A DNA stretch of 64,000 bases from Firmicutes bacterium UBA5493 (GCA_002424045.1 DIPH01000038.1:12686-76685); one strand, 5' to 3'; numbered from the stretch's first letter, positions 46,376 through 56,401 are shown. The notes: generated by a model not told the origin, from the letters alone. Program-made: numbers and translations.

Positions 46376-46484
46376 CCATCGGATGGAACTAGGTACGCAC
46401 AGTGCGCTATGTCACTGTGCGTTTCTTCTGATCCCGTGCTGAATGCTTCGCATTCAGCAGCATTCAGCAGTAGGAGGGAGGTTA

Positions 46485-47075
46485 GTGTTACCGTTGAGAG
46501 TCATAGTGGGCCTTGGAAATCCAGGACTACGCTACGCCCAGACGCGGCATAATCTAGGTTTTTGGGTCATCGACCGCCTCAGTGAGAGGCTGGGGATTTC
46601 CCTGACGAAGCATAAGTTCGGGGCCAAATATGGCGCGGCTCTTTTTCGTAGCCAGCGCATTATGCTAGTAAAACCCCAGAGCTTTATGAATCGAAGCGGG
46701 CGGTCGGTAGCGGATGTAATGAACTTTTATCAATTAGATCTCGACAATCTCTTGGTCGTCTACGATGATATGGACTTGGCTCCAGGCTCCCTCAGGGTGA
46801 AGGGTTCGGGTAGTGCAGGCGGTCATAAGGGAATGGGCGATATTATTCAGCATCTAGGGAGTGACAACTTTCCTCGTCTGCGTGTAGGCGTGGGTCAGCC
46901 TCCTCCCTTTGTGAGCGCGGCTGATTATGTATTGCAGGGAATAGATGCCGCCGAAACAAAAATACTAGAAGAGGCAGCAACAAGGGCCGCCCAGGCCGCG
47001 GAGATGTGGCTGCAAGAAGACATACTCTCTGTGATGAATCTTTACAACCGAAAACAAACGAAGATGGAGACCTGA
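46485..47075 (+). CDS. pth: Peptidyl-tRNA hydrolase
   Basis: VIVGLGNPG..Y..TRHN.GF, KPQSFMNRSG, DDMDL..G..R.K..G..GGHKG. The GTG at 46485 follows GGAGGGAGG. The track ORF start at 46443 lies in the leader hairpin. Confidence 0.9.
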   Translation: MLPLRVIVGLGNPGLRYAQTRHNLGFWVIDRLSERLGISLTKHKFGAKYGAALFRSQRIMLVKPQSFMNRSGRSVADVMNFYQLDLDNLLVVYDDMDLAPGSLRVKGSGSAGGHKGMGDIIQHLGSDNFPRLRVGVGQPPPFVSAADYVLQGIDAAETKILEEAATRAAQAAEMWLQEDILSVMNLYNRKQTKMET

Positions 47076-47094
47076 CCGGAAGGGGGAATGTATA

Positions 47095-50000
47095 TTGTCT
47101 CTACAAGGTCTAGTAGACTTGATGCGTCAGAGTAAGGAAGTGGGACACGCAGCCAAACAGGGCCAGCTCATCACCGGTCTCTCGGGAGGACAGCGCTCGG
47201 TATTCTTGAGCACCATCTACGACCCTGACAAAGTGATGCTGGTGGTGACAGCAAGCCAAGTGCAGGCAGAACGACTCGCAGCAGACTTTGCTGGCTTGCT
47301 TCCAGAGGCAAAGATCCTCGTCTGGGAAGGCAACGAGCTCATGCCCCACGAAGAAGCGCCCACAGCCTTAGATTTGCGATGGAGTAGGCTAGAGGTCCTG
47401 CAGGACGGATACAGAGTTGGAACAATTATTCTGGCACCGGTGACGGGCTTGTTAGAAGGCCTGCTTGCTCCAGAACGTCTTAGAAATTCAGAATTTTCTA
47501 TTAACCTGGACTCTCGGCTAAACCTTGACGAAGTGGCAGCCTCTCTCGTCGCCTTAGGCTATGAGCGTGTGCCCTTAGTAGAGAATTTTGGTCAATTTAG
47601 TATAAGGGGTGGGATTCTAGATGTGGCCCCCTCCTATAATCGCCAGCCTGTGCGCATCGAGCTCTTTGGCGACGAAGTTGATTCTATGCGCATCTTTGAC
47701 TTCACCACGCAAAAATCTTTGGAGAACATCCAAGAGGTTACGATTAAAGCTGCTCGGGAGACCCTTTATGATCCAAACAACCTAGAGCAGATCAAAGACT
47801 CTATTTGGCGAGAAGTGCAAATCCAGAGTGAACGCCTTTATAAACTGAACCTGGCCCAGGAAGCCGATGACCTTCTGGCACAAGGAGCGCGCCATTTAGA
47901 AGCCTTTGACCAACAGGGATATTTTCCCGGCATGGATCAATACAAAGGATTTTTTGGAGATATCGTCACCCTCCTAGATTACTTTCCCAAAGATACCGTC
48001 GTTGTCCTTGATGAACCTGTCCGCCTTAAAGAAGCAGCCGCCAACAGCTCCATGGAAATTGGCGAGAATTTTGGGCAACTTCTCAAGCGCGGGCGGATTC
48101 TTAGTAGTCTAAGTAAACTCTACTGGGATTGGAACGAGCTCTTCTCAAAATTTCAAGACTATGATCCCCTGTACCTCTCTGTCCTAGGCAAGAGGGTGGC
48201 AGGAATGGAGGCTTTAAGCACAACCTCTGTGAACCTCCGCATGCCTGAACATTTTGGAGGTAGTATTGAGCGGATGCTGCGACGTGTCAAACAGCTCCGC
48301 AAAGAGCATTACCGCATCTTGATGTTGGTGTCCTCCAAAGACCGTGGACAGCGCCTCTTAGAACTTCTCCATGATGATGGTGTTCCGGCCGTCTATGTCG
48401 ATGAGCTAAAGAAGGAACTCCAAATTGGCAGTTGCGTGATTACCACAGGTAGCCTAGAGACCGGATTTGAGTTTTCAAGCTTCAAAATGGCGGTTTTCAC
48501 CGAGCTTGAGCTCTATGGGAGCCAAAAGACGAAGCCTAGACCCACTAAGGTCGAAGAGGGCTTACGCCTCACCCCCCAAGAGTTAAGGATTGGGGATTAT
48601 GTGGTCCACATCAATCACGGTATTGGTCGATATTTGGGTATCGAGGTTCTCCAGGTGGACAATCGGTCCAAGGACTATTTATATATTCGTTATGCAGGGG
48701 AAGACAGGCTTTATGTACCCACCGACCAGATTCACCTTCTGCAACGCTACGTTGGCATGGAGGAAGGTGCCCCTCGCCTTTCTAAGCTCGGAGGAAACGA
48801 ATGGGCCCGGGTTAAAAAGCGCGCCAAGGAATCGGTTCAAGAAATGGCGGAAGGTCTGATCAAACTCTATGCTGAGCGGGAGGCTGTCAGCGGATTTGCT
48901 TTCCCAGAAGATACTCCCTGGCAAAGAGATCTGGAAAACTCTTTCCCCTATCAAGAAACCCCCGATCAAATCCAGGCCATTGCTGCGGTGAAAAAAGACA
49001 TGGAAAGACCACGCCCCATGGATAGGCTCCTCTGCGGCGACGTGGGCTATGGCAAGACAGAAGTTGCTATTAGGGCTGCCTTTAAGGCGGTGGCAAGTAG
49101 TAAGCAGGTGGCGGTCTTGGTACCCACCACAATTTTAGCCCAGCAGCATCACCGCACCTTTGAAGAGCGCTTTGAGGGTTTTCCCATTAATATTGCTGTG
49201 GCCAGCCGTTTTCAGTCCCAGGCAGAGGTCTCAAGGACCTTGAAGGGGGTGAAAAAGGGTACGGTTGATGTGATCATAGGTACCCACCGCCTTCTTTCGA
49301 AGGATGTGACCTTTAAGGCCTTAGGTTTAGTGATTGTCGACGAGGAGCAACGCTTTGGGGTGGCTCAAAAAGAAAGGCTCAAGGAACTGAGTACCAATGT
49401 GGATGTGTTGACCCTGTCGGCAACTCCCATCCCCCGGACGTTACACATGGCTATGGTTGGCGTGAGGGACATGAGTGTCATTGAAACGCCTCCAGAGGAT
49501 CGCTATCCCATCCGTACCTATGTGGTGGAATATGATGAGCAGCTCATTCGCCAAGCCATTTTACGTGAATTGGCCAGGCAAGGCCAGGTGTACTTTGTCC
49601 ACAACCGGGTCCAGTCTATCGATTATGTCTATAGTGAACTTTCAAAGCTCGTTCCCGAGGCCAGAATTGCCATCGCCCACGGGCAAATGGATGAGTCTGT
49701 CCTCGAGAGGGTGATGCTGGACTTTTATCATGGTGAGTTTGACATTCTCCTTTGCACCACCATTATTGAAACCGGCATGGATATTGGCAATGTCAACACC
49801 TTGATCATTGATAATGCCGACTACTTAGGGCTGGCACAACTCTATCAGCTGCGGGGACGGGTAGGGCGCACCAATCGCGTCGCCTACGCCTACTTCACCC
49901 ATCGTAAAGATAAAGTCCTTTCCGAAGACGCGGAAAAGCGCCTGGGTGCCATTAAGGAGTTTACCGAACTTGGTTCAGGTATCAAGATTGCCATGCGGGA

Positions 50001-50586
50001 TCTGGAAATACGCGGCGCAGGAAATCTCCTAGGACCGGAGCAGCATGGCTTCATTGCCTCTGTAGGTTTTGAGCTCTACTGTAAGCTTCTCGAGGAGGCC
50101 ATCTCCGAGCTAAAAGGTACGGATGAAGAGAAGCCGTCCCTGCCCGATCCTGTCTTGGATTTGCAGGTGGATGCCTATATCGATGACAGTTACGTTTCGG
50201 ATCCAGCTCAAAAAGTGGGGCTCTATCAGAAAATTATTTCCTTAGATACTCTGGAAGACTGTGATGACTTAGAGGAGGAAATCCAGGATCGCTTTGGCGA
50301 TTTGCCCGATGCGGTGCGAAATCTCTTGCAGATTGCTAGAATCAAGATCCTAGCCCGCTTAGTGGGGATTGGTAGTATTTCTGTGCGGGCCACGAAGTTT
50401 CAGTTGAAATTCCTAGAAGGGCTCGCCATCGATGCGAATAAATATGCCGCCCTGCACACCAAATATCGAGGGAGAATCTCCTATCGCCATGGGCGCGTTG
50501 GCCAGTTGCTGGTGGAAAAGGATAAAGAGGACGGGCGGGCCTTAGCGTTTCTAGCTGAGGTATTGTCTGCTTGCGCCAGTGAATAA
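47095..50586 (+). CDS. mfd: Transcription-repair coupling factor Mfd
   Basis: 1163 aa. RNAP-interaction domain GDYVVHINHGIGRYLGI, helicase motifs LLCGDVGYGKTEVA, VDEEQRFGV, LSATPIPRTL, and the TRG motif. Confidence 0.95.
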   Translation: MSLQGLVDLMRQSKEVGHAAKQGQLITGLSGGQRSVFLSTIYDPDKVMLVVTASQVQAERLAADFAGLLPEAKILVWEGNELMPHEEAPTALDLRWSRLEVLQDGYRVGTIILAPVTGLLEGLLAPERLRNSEFSINLDSRLNLDEVAASLVALGYERVPLVENFGQFSIRGGILDVAPSYNRQPVRIELFGDEVDSMRIFDFTTQKSLENIQEVTIKAARETLYDPNNLEQIKDSIWREVQIQSERLYKLNLAQEADDLLAQGARHLEAFDQQGYFPGMDQYKGFFGDIVTLLDYFPKDTVVVLDEPVRLKEAAANSSMEIGENFGQLLKRGRILSSLSKLYWDWNELFSKFQDYDPLYLSVLGKRVAGMEALSTTSVNLRMPEHFGGSIERMLRRVKQLRKEHYRILMLVSSKDRGQRLLELLHDDGVPAVYVDELKKELQIGSCVITTGSLETGFEFSSFKMAVFTELELYGSQKTKPRPTKVEEGLRLTPQELRIGDYVVHINHGIGRYLGIEVLQVDNRSKDYLYIRYAGEDRLYVPTDQIHLLQRYVGMEEGAPRLSKLGGNEWARVKKRAKESVQEMAEGLIKLYAEREAVSGFAFPEDTPWQRDLENSFPYQETPDQIQAIAAVKKDMERPRPMDRLLCGDVGYGKTEVAIRAAFKAVASSKQVAVLVPTTILAQQHHRTFEERFEGFPINIAVASRFQSQAEVSRTLKGVKKGTVDVIIGTHRLLSKDVTFKALGLVIVDEEQRFGVAQKERLKELSTNVDVLTLSATPIPRTLHMAMVGVRDMSVIETPPEDRYPIRTYVVEYDEQLIRQAILRELARQGQVYFVHNRVQSIDYVYSELSKLVPEARIAIAHGQMDESVLERVMLDFYHGEFDILLCTTIIETGMDIGNVNTLIIDNADYLGLAQLYQLRGRVGRTNRVAYAYFTHRKDKVLSEDAEKRLGAIKEFTELGSGIKIAMRDLEIRGAGNLLGPEQHGFIASVGFELYCKLLEEAISELKGTDEEKPSLPDPVLDLQVDAYIDDSYVSDPAQKVGLYQKIISLDTLEDCDDLEEEIQDRFGDLPDAVRNLLQIARIKILARLVGIGSISVRATKFQLKFLEGLAIDANKYAALHTKYRGRISYRHGRVGQLLVEKDKEDGRALAFLAEVLSACASE

Positions 50587-50643
50587 AAGTGGTAGCCTGC
50601 GCTAATACTAACCCCAAGCTAACTCTAGAAAAGGGGTGTGACA

Positions 50644-51177
50644 TTGAAAGCAACTGGAATAGTTCGACGCATTGACGATCTGGGACGTGTAGTCATCCCC
50701 AAAGAAATTCGCCGCACGTTGCGCATCCGCGAAGGAGATCCCCTGGAGATTTTTGTTGATCGAGATGGGGAAGTAATTTTAAAGAAGTATTCGCCCATAG
50801 GAGAACTGGGGGATTTTGCTCAGGAGTATTCTGATTCTTTGTATGAGACTACAGGTCATGTGGCCATAATTACAGACCGGGATGCAGTGGTGGCAATTTC
50901 TGGTGCTCCCAAGAAGCAATGGATGGATAAGGCCATTGTAGCCGTGGTAGAGGAGGCTATGGAATCAAGGCGCAGTATAACCACAAGAAAGGGAGAACGT
51001 TCCGATGACGAAGAATGGGATTTTGCCATGCAGGTGATAGCCCCGATCATCTCGGAAGGGGACCCCATTGGAACCGTGATTCTTGGTACCGGTGAGACGA
51101 ATCGCCAGTTAGGTGAATTGGAACTAAAACTTTGTGAAACGGCAGCCGGTTTTTTGGCCAAACAAATGGAGCAATAA
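50644..51177 (+). CDS. spoVT: Stage V sporulation protein T (AbrB-family regulator with GAF-like domain)
   Basis: The TTG start gives MKATGIVRRIDDLGRVVIPKEIRRTLRIREGDPLEIFVDRDGEVILKKYSP, nearly identical to the B. subtilis SpoVT N-terminus as I remember it. Confidence 0.92.
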   Translation: MKATGIVRRIDDLGRVVIPKEIRRTLRIREGDPLEIFVDRDGEVILKKYSPIGELGDFAQEYSDSLYETTGHVAIITDRDAVVAISGAPKKQWMDKAIVAVVEEAMESRRSITTRKGERSDDEEWDFAMQVIAPIISEGDPIGTVILGTGETNRQLGELELKLCETAAGFLAKQMEQ

Positions 51178-51277
51178 AAGTAGCCATAACAGAAACAGAC
51201 GGTAGAAAAACTCTTGGACTCCTCATAACCTGTATCGTCCCTGCGTAAGCATTAATAGCGAAGGGAAGGCGTGGGAT

Positions 51278-52876
51278 ATGACAAAGGAGTCTTTTTTACG
51301 TGGTGCGGTTATTTTGACCCTGGCCAGTTTGGCCAGTAGGGTCATTGGTCTTGTCTACATGGTTGTTCTGCCCCGCTTGATTTATGATGATGGGATGGGT
51401 CTGTACCAACTTGTGAAGCCCATCCACTATTTTGCCGCGGTCTTGGCCATTGCAGGGATGCCGGTGGCTATCTCCAAGCTCACGGCAGAAAAAATGGCCC
51501 TGCGATCGAAGCAGGACGTAAAAAGGGTATTTCGGGTCGGAACAGTGGTGATGATGGGTACAGGGGGACTTGTGGCCTTAGTACTCCTTGCGGGTGCAGA
51601 TTGGTTTGCCATCAATTTTGCTAAAGACGTAGGGGTAACGAAGACCCTAGCCTTGCTTGGACCCGCATGCTTTTTTCTGGCCTTAAGTGCAGCTTTTCGC
51701 GGATTTTTTCAGGGTCTGCAGTGTATGACCCCAACAGCCATATCTCAAGTGGCTGATCAGGTAGTCCGGGTGACGGTTACAGTTCTCGCCGCGATCTGGC
51801 TTCGCCCCCGGGGAGTGGAGACGGCGGTGACCGGTATTGCCTGGGGATTTATTGCCGGGGAATTTGCAGGTTGGCTGGTTTTGGCCGCCTACTATGCACT
51901 GAGGCATGACACACTTTTGGAGATCCGTTCTCCAAGCTGTGATCTGGGGAGCCCCGAACCGCTTCTGAAAATCGCAAAGAGGTTGATGGCTCTCTCCTTT
52001 CCCGCAGTGGTGGCCACCATTCTCTGGCCCATCATGCAATTGGCCGATAGCTTACTGATACCCATGCGCATGCAAATGGCGGGCTTCTCTCCTGCGATCA
52101 TTAGGGAAGGTCTAGGTCATCTCGGAATGGCACTAACGTTAGCCCAGTTTCCCAATGTTGTCACGGTGGCCCTGGCCACAAGCTTAGTGCCTGCTATTTC
52201 TGAGGCCTGGGCCTTGCAGAGCAAAAAACTGGTCAGGCATCGTTCTCAAGAAGCTCTACGCATTGCACTAATTTTCGGAATCCCTTCCTGTGCCGCCCTT
52301 TTCGTTCTGGGAGAACCCTTAAGCCAGCTGCTCTTTGGTTACGGCCAGGTGGTGGCACCCCTTCGAATCTTATGCTTTGGAGCCATTTCTCTAGGTTTGA
52401 TTCAGGCCAGCACAGGCATTTTACAGGGTCTAGGGGATATGCTGATTCCCGTTAGAAACTTGGCTTTCGGCGTGGTGGTCAAATTCGCCCTCAACTATTT
52501 TTTGCTGGCCCATCCCGATTTCGGGATGTTGGGAGCCGCCTGGGGAACAACCGTTGGCTGGGCGGTAATCGCCGTGCTCAACTTTCTCTCCGTCGTTCAT
52601 AGGGTGGGCAAGGCCATCAGTCTGCGCCACTCTCTTTTATATCCAGGTGTTGCCACGGTGTTTTCCTCTTTGTGGATGTACCTTTGCCAGGACACTCTCA
52701 TCTACTTTGTACCAAATAGTGCGGCAAGTTCTTTTGCCCTCTTGAGCGGTCTAATCCTCTATTTTCTCTTACTGATGATTACCGGAAGCTTAACGGAGCG
52801 GGATGTGCACCTGCTTCCCGTCATCGGTAAACCCTTAGCAAACTCCCTTTACACCTGGGGATTTTTACGCAGGTGA
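51278..52876 (+). CDS. MOP/MurJ-superfamily flippase (SpoVB/YabM-like polysaccharide or lipid II transporter)
   Basis: 532 aa with about 14 TM helices and the N-terminus FLRGAVILTLASLASRVIGLVYMVVLPRLI. It occupies the yabM position after spoVT. Confidence 0.7.
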   Translation: MTKESFLRGAVILTLASLASRVIGLVYMVVLPRLIYDDGMGLYQLVKPIHYFAAVLAIAGMPVAISKLTAEKMALRSKQDVKRVFRVGTVVMMGTGGLVALVLLAGADWFAINFAKDVGVTKTLALLGPACFFLALSAAFRGFFQGLQCMTPTAISQVADQVVRVTVTVLAAIWLRPRGVETAVTGIAWGFIAGEFAGWLVLAAYYALRHDTLLEIRSPSCDLGSPEPLLKIAKRLMALSFPAVVATILWPIMQLADSLLIPMRMQMAGFSPAIIREGLGHLGMALTLAQFPNVVTVALATSLVPAISEAWALQSKKLVRHRSQEALRIALIFGIPSCAALFVLGEPLSQLLFGYGQVVAPLRILCFGAISLGLIQASTGILQGLGDMLIPVRNLAFGVVVKFALNYFLLAHPDFGMLGAAWGTTVGWAVIAVLNFLSVVHRVGKAISLRHSLLYPGVATVFSSLWMYLCQDTLIYFVPNSAASSFALLSGLILYFLLLMITGSLTERDVHLLPVIGKPLANSLYTWGFLRR

Positions 52877-53637
52877 TCTTTGGCCCGATCCCAGAGCAAA
52901 TTGAGTTGATCCAAGCTGAGATCCTTCAAGTCTACACCCTCTTCTTTTGCGTAGGCTTCTACGAGGTGAAAACGTTCGGTAAATTTGGCGGTAGCTTGCT
53001 TTAGAGCAAACTCTGGATCCACATGAATAAAGCGGGACAAGTTCACCGTGGCAAAGAGAAGATCGCCAAGTTCATCTTCGAGCTCGTCTTGTACACCTGT
53101 TTCCATGGCCTTCTCCAATTCGGCCAGCTCCTCATGGATTTTTTCCACCACATCGGGAGTCTCTTCCCAATCAAAGCCCACCTTGGCAGCTTTTTTCTGG
53201 GTTTTCTCAGCCCGCATGAGAGCTGGAAAAACACTAGGGACCCCATCTAGGGCCGAAACTCTCTCCGCGGAGGCTTTCTCCGTCTTCTTGACGGCATCCC
53301 AGGTTTTCATAACTTGTTCTGGGGTCTGGACGGAAGCCCCCCCAAAAACATGAGGATGGCGGCGCATAAGCTTCTCCCTCAAGTTTGTGATCACATCGTC
53401 TATGGAAAAATGTCCGTGCTCCCTGGCGATTTCCGCATGGAGGAGCACTTGCAAGAGTACATCACCAAGTTCATCCTTCATAGAGTCTGGGTCTTTAAGG
53501 TCGATGGCTTCAAAAAGCTCGTAGGTTTCTTCTAGCAAGAAGCGTTTCAGGCTCTCGTGGGTTTGTTCTCTATCCCAGGGACAACCCTCAGGTGAACGTA
53601 GTTTGTTGACAACTTGTACTAGGGTGGGCCAGGTCAT
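52849..53637 (-). CDS. mazG: Nucleoside triphosphate pyrophosphohydrolase MazG (tandem MazG domains)
   Basis: CPWDREQTHESLKRFLLEETYELFEAI and the second-domain EELGDLLFATVNLSRF motif. Its 3' end overlaps the convergent flippase gene by 28 nt. Confidence 0.88.
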   Translation of the reverse strand: MTWPTLVQVVNKLRSPEGCPWDREQTHESLKRFLLEETYELFEAIDLKDPDSMKDELGDVLLQVLLHAEIAREHGHFSIDDVITNLREKLMRRHPHVFGGASVQTPEQVMKTWDAVKKTEKASAERVSALDGVPSVFPALMRAEKTQKKAAKVGFDWEETPDVVEKIHEELAELEKAMETGVQDELEDELGDLLFATVNLSRFIHVDPEFALKQATAKFTERFHLVEAYAKEEGVDLKDLSLDQLNLLWDRAKDHLRKNPQV

Positions 53638-53660
53638 GGATGTCTCCTTTCAATTGAAGG

Positions 53661-53692
53661 AAAAATAGAAAAGCCCCCTACGGTTAGGGGGC
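53661..53692 (-). terminator. hup terminator (minus strand)
   Basis: On the minus strand: GCCCCCTA-ACCG-TAGGGGGC followed by TTTTCTATTTTT. Confidence 0.8.
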
Positions 53693-53749
53693 GTCTCAAT
53701 CAAACACCGATGAATGCGAGCACTCACGATGAGTGCTTTGCATTCATCA

Positions 53750-54028
53750 TTACTTAGGAGCTACGACTTCCCGGAGGGACTTGCCTGGTTTAAAGGCAGG
53801 AACCTTTGTGGCAGGAATCGTAATAGGTTTTCCGGTGGAAGGATTGATGCCCTGGCGCTCTTGACGAGGTCTTACTTCAAAGGTGCCAAATCCTACGATA
53901 GTCACTTTCTCCTCTTTGGCCAGTGAATCGGAAATGGATGCAAATACTGCTTCTACCGCTTCGCCTGCTGCCTTTTTAGTCATACCTGCTTTGTCAGCAA
54001 CACTAGCAATCAATTCAGCTTTGTTCAC
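53750..54028 (-). CDS. hup: DNA-binding protein HU
   Basis: MNKAELIASVADKAGMTKKAAGEAVEAVF.....L...EKV.IVGFGTFEVR.R..R.G.NP.TG..I.IPA..VP.FK.GK.L. Confidence 0.95.
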   Translation of the reverse strand: MNKAELIASVADKAGMTKKAAGEAVEAVFASISDSLAKEEKVTIVGFGTFEVRPRQERQGINPSTGKPITIPATKVPAFKPGKSLREVVAPK

Positions 54029-54194
54029 AAATAAACCTCCTTTAAGGTGGAAATATACCCAGTAATTCTAGGATTATTCGAGTTCTCCTGCTAACAGTGG
54101 TAATATTTTCCCCCAAAACTTTGATAATACCCGCCTTTCAGGCGGTTTTTGATCACTTTTTTGGTGAAACTACTAACACCAAAGGAGGTTTCCT

Positions 54195-55154
54195 ATGAAC
54201 TTCAAGAAGAACCAAGGCATTGTGCTGGGATTAGTGTTAGTGGTGATTGCCAGTGTTACGCTCTTGATAAGCTGGTCTGGAGATGACCGAAATATTGTAC
54301 GGGAATTACAAGAGGAACCGATGCTTTCTGTCTTCGTGAATGAAACGGGCCAAATACACGAAATGATGCTAGAGGAGTATCTAGCGGGGGTGGTGGCGGG
54401 AGAGATGTTTCCCGATTGGCCCGTAGAAGCCTACGCAGCACAGGCCATCTTTGCCCGTAGCTTTACCATGGACTTCATCGCGGCAGGAGGGGTAAAGGAC
54501 AAGTATGGAGCGGATGTTTCCACTTCCATCCAAGAGACCCAGGCCTTTAATCCAGAGGCTGTTACAAATGATATCCGAAGGGGTGTGGAGATGACCCGAG
54601 GTCAGGTCATGACCTATGACAACCGCTTTGTTCGAGGCTGGTTTCATGCGTATTCCGGGGGCATCACGGCCCGAGCTAAAGAGGGCCTAGATTACAAGGA
54701 AGATGAGCCCCCCTTTACCGCCAGTGTCAAGCTCCCTGAAAACGAATATGTCCCAGACGATATCAAAGAGTGGACAGCAGAGTACAGTGCATCTGAGCTG
54801 AATGGCCTCTTGGCTACTACTGGTCTCAATGTAGGGGAAATCCAGGGCTTGGAGATCACCGAACGGGGCCCTAGTGAGCGCGTTACCTTGATAACAGTTA
54901 CGGGGACCCAGGGTGAGGAGACGATTTCGGGACCCGAGTTTCGGCTCGCCGTTGATTCCACAAAAATGAAATCAACCCTGGTTCGTGACTTTACATTCGC
55001 AGACGGAACCCTCACCATCACCGGTACTGGTTATGGCCATGGGGTGGGCTTAAGTCAGTGGGATGCCTTTATGCTGGCCAAGGACGGGAAAAGTCCCAAG
55101 GAGATCGTGAGGACCTTTTTCGAGGGTGTAGAAATCCGCAAAATCTACGACTGA
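54195..55154 (+). CDS. spoIID: Stage II sporulation protein D (SpoIID/LytB domain)
   Basis: N-terminal TM helix, EEYLAGVVAGEM, AYAAQAIFARSF, and the C-terminal GYGHGVGLSQWDAFMLAKDGKS..EIV..FF. Confidence 0.85.
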   Translation: MNFKKNQGIVLGLVLVVIASVTLLISWSGDDRNIVRELQEEPMLSVFVNETGQIHEMMLEEYLAGVVAGEMFPDWPVEAYAAQAIFARSFTMDFIAAGGVKDKYGADVSTSIQETQAFNPEAVTNDIRRGVEMTRGQVMTYDNRFVRGWFHAYSGGITARAKEGLDYKEDEPPFTASVKLPENEYVPDDIKEWTAEYSASELNGLLATTGLNVGEIQGLEITERGPSERVTLITVTGTQGEETISGPEFRLAVDSTKMKSTLVRDFTFADGTLTITGTGYGHGVGLSQWDAFMLAKDGKSPKEIVRTFFEGVEIRKIYD

Positions 55155-55229
55155 GTCTAACTTGACTACTCCCGGCATACAATGTTGCATAGGACGTAAG
55201 TAGCATTGATGTAAAGGGAGGTAGTTGCT

Positions 55230-55514
55230 GTGGACGACAAAAGGTTAAATAATGTCCGCCACCAACTGGTTCTGGCGGAGCGGGAGCGCCTGACCCTTGA
55301 TGGAGTGGTGCATGTAGAGAGTTTTGATGACCGGGAGATCGTACTTGAGACAGAGCTTGGCGGTCTTGTGGTTCAGGGAGAAGAGCTGCATATTAAGGAG
55401 CTCAATTTAGAGAAAGGAAATCTACTCGTGAGCGGATACATCACATCCGTGGAGTACCTTGGCGATTCCCTGGCAAAGCGCAGCAAGGGCTTGTTGGCAA
55501 GACTATTTAAATAG
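55230..55514 (+). CDS. yabP: Sporulation protein YabP
   Basis: HQLVLAERERLTLDGVVHVESFDDREIVLET..GGLVVQGEELHIKELNLEKG.L.V.G. 94 aa. yabP-yabQ-divIC synteny. Confidence 0.88.
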   Translation: MDDKRLNNVRHQLVLAERERLTLDGVVHVESFDDREIVLETELGGLVVQGEELHIKELNLEKGNLLVSGYITSVEYLGDSLAKRSKGLLARLFK

Positions 55515-55534
55515 GGCTAAAGCGAGGTGTCTTT

Positions 55535-56005
55535 ATGGAATCCCTGGGCACTCAACTTTATGCCTTCGGAATTGTCCTATTGGCGGGAATCACCTTAGGA
55601 CTTTTCTTTGATCTCTTCCGTGTCATCCGCGGGCTTCTGCGCCCCAGTGTATTTAGCACGCCCCTTTTGGACCTTCTCTTTTGGGCCTTGATCACCCCGG
55701 TTCTTGTGCTCTACCTCATTTTAGCCAACTGGGGTGAATTGCGGGGCTATGTGATCATTGGCCTTCTCTTGGGCCTGTTTTTCTATCGTTTGCTTCTTTC
55801 TGGCATGATCATTTCCCTCTTACTGTGGCTTGTCCAAGTCATCGGAGGTTTCTTAAACCTTGTGGTTTCCTTCGTGATTTGGCTAGCCTCCTTTCCTGTG
55901 CTTTTGTTCCAAGAAGCCCGATTTAGCTGGTCCCATAGGCAAAAATCCCTGGGAGGGACCAAGAGGACGTGGCACTTTAGGCCAAGACTTCGCTGGAGAA
56001 AATGA
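55535..56005 (+). CDS. yabQ: Spore cortex biosynthesis protein YabQ
   Basis: Small multi-TM protein with GLFFDLFRVIRG, directly after yabP. Confidence 0.75.
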   Translation: MESLGTQLYAFGIVLLAGITLGLFFDLFRVIRGLLRPSVFSTPLLDLLFWALITPVLVLYLILANWGELRGYVIIGLLLGLFFYRLLLSGMIISLLLWLVQVIGGFLNLVVSFVIWLASFPVLLFQEARFSWSHRQKSLGGTKRTWHFRPRLRWRK

Positions 56006-56078
56006 AGGCAAAATTGTAACCTAGCAGGAAAACTCCGGGGGAGGGGGGAATGCAACAGCCAGGAGGGAATGTTCGGAT

Positions 56079-56396
56079 ATGGCCAAAAAACGCGTGAGAA
56101 TACAGCCTTGGCGGATTGTTCTGCTCGTTGTGGGTTTGTGGGTTGTGTTTAGTTTTGCCAAAAGCGGGCTAGCAAATCTTAGGTTGAGGCAGGAGATCGA
56201 CGCTTTACAAAAGCGCCTGGTCGTATTGGAGATGCGCAAGGAAGATTTGGAGCGGGAAATCGAAGAGTGGAGGTCCCCTGAGAATGTGGAGAGGGTGGCT
56301 AGGGAGCAGTTGGGCCTAGTCAAACCTGGTGAAGTGGTGTACAGAGTGTCAGAACCCTTCTCTGGCGATGTAGAGCATGATGTGGAGAAACGGTAG
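56079..56396 (+). CDS. divIC: Septum formation initiator DivIC/FtsB family protein
   Basis: One TM helix followed by a coiled coil (LRLRQEIDALQKRLVVLEMRKEDLEREIEEW) and VERVAREQLGLVKPGE. Confidence 0.85.
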   Translation: MAKKRVRIQPWRIVLLVVGLWVVFSFAKSGLANLRLRQEIDALQKRLVVLEMRKEDLEREIEEWRSPENVERVAREQLGLVKPGEVVYRVSEPFSGDVEHDVEKR

Positions 56397-56401
56397 TCTT
56401 A

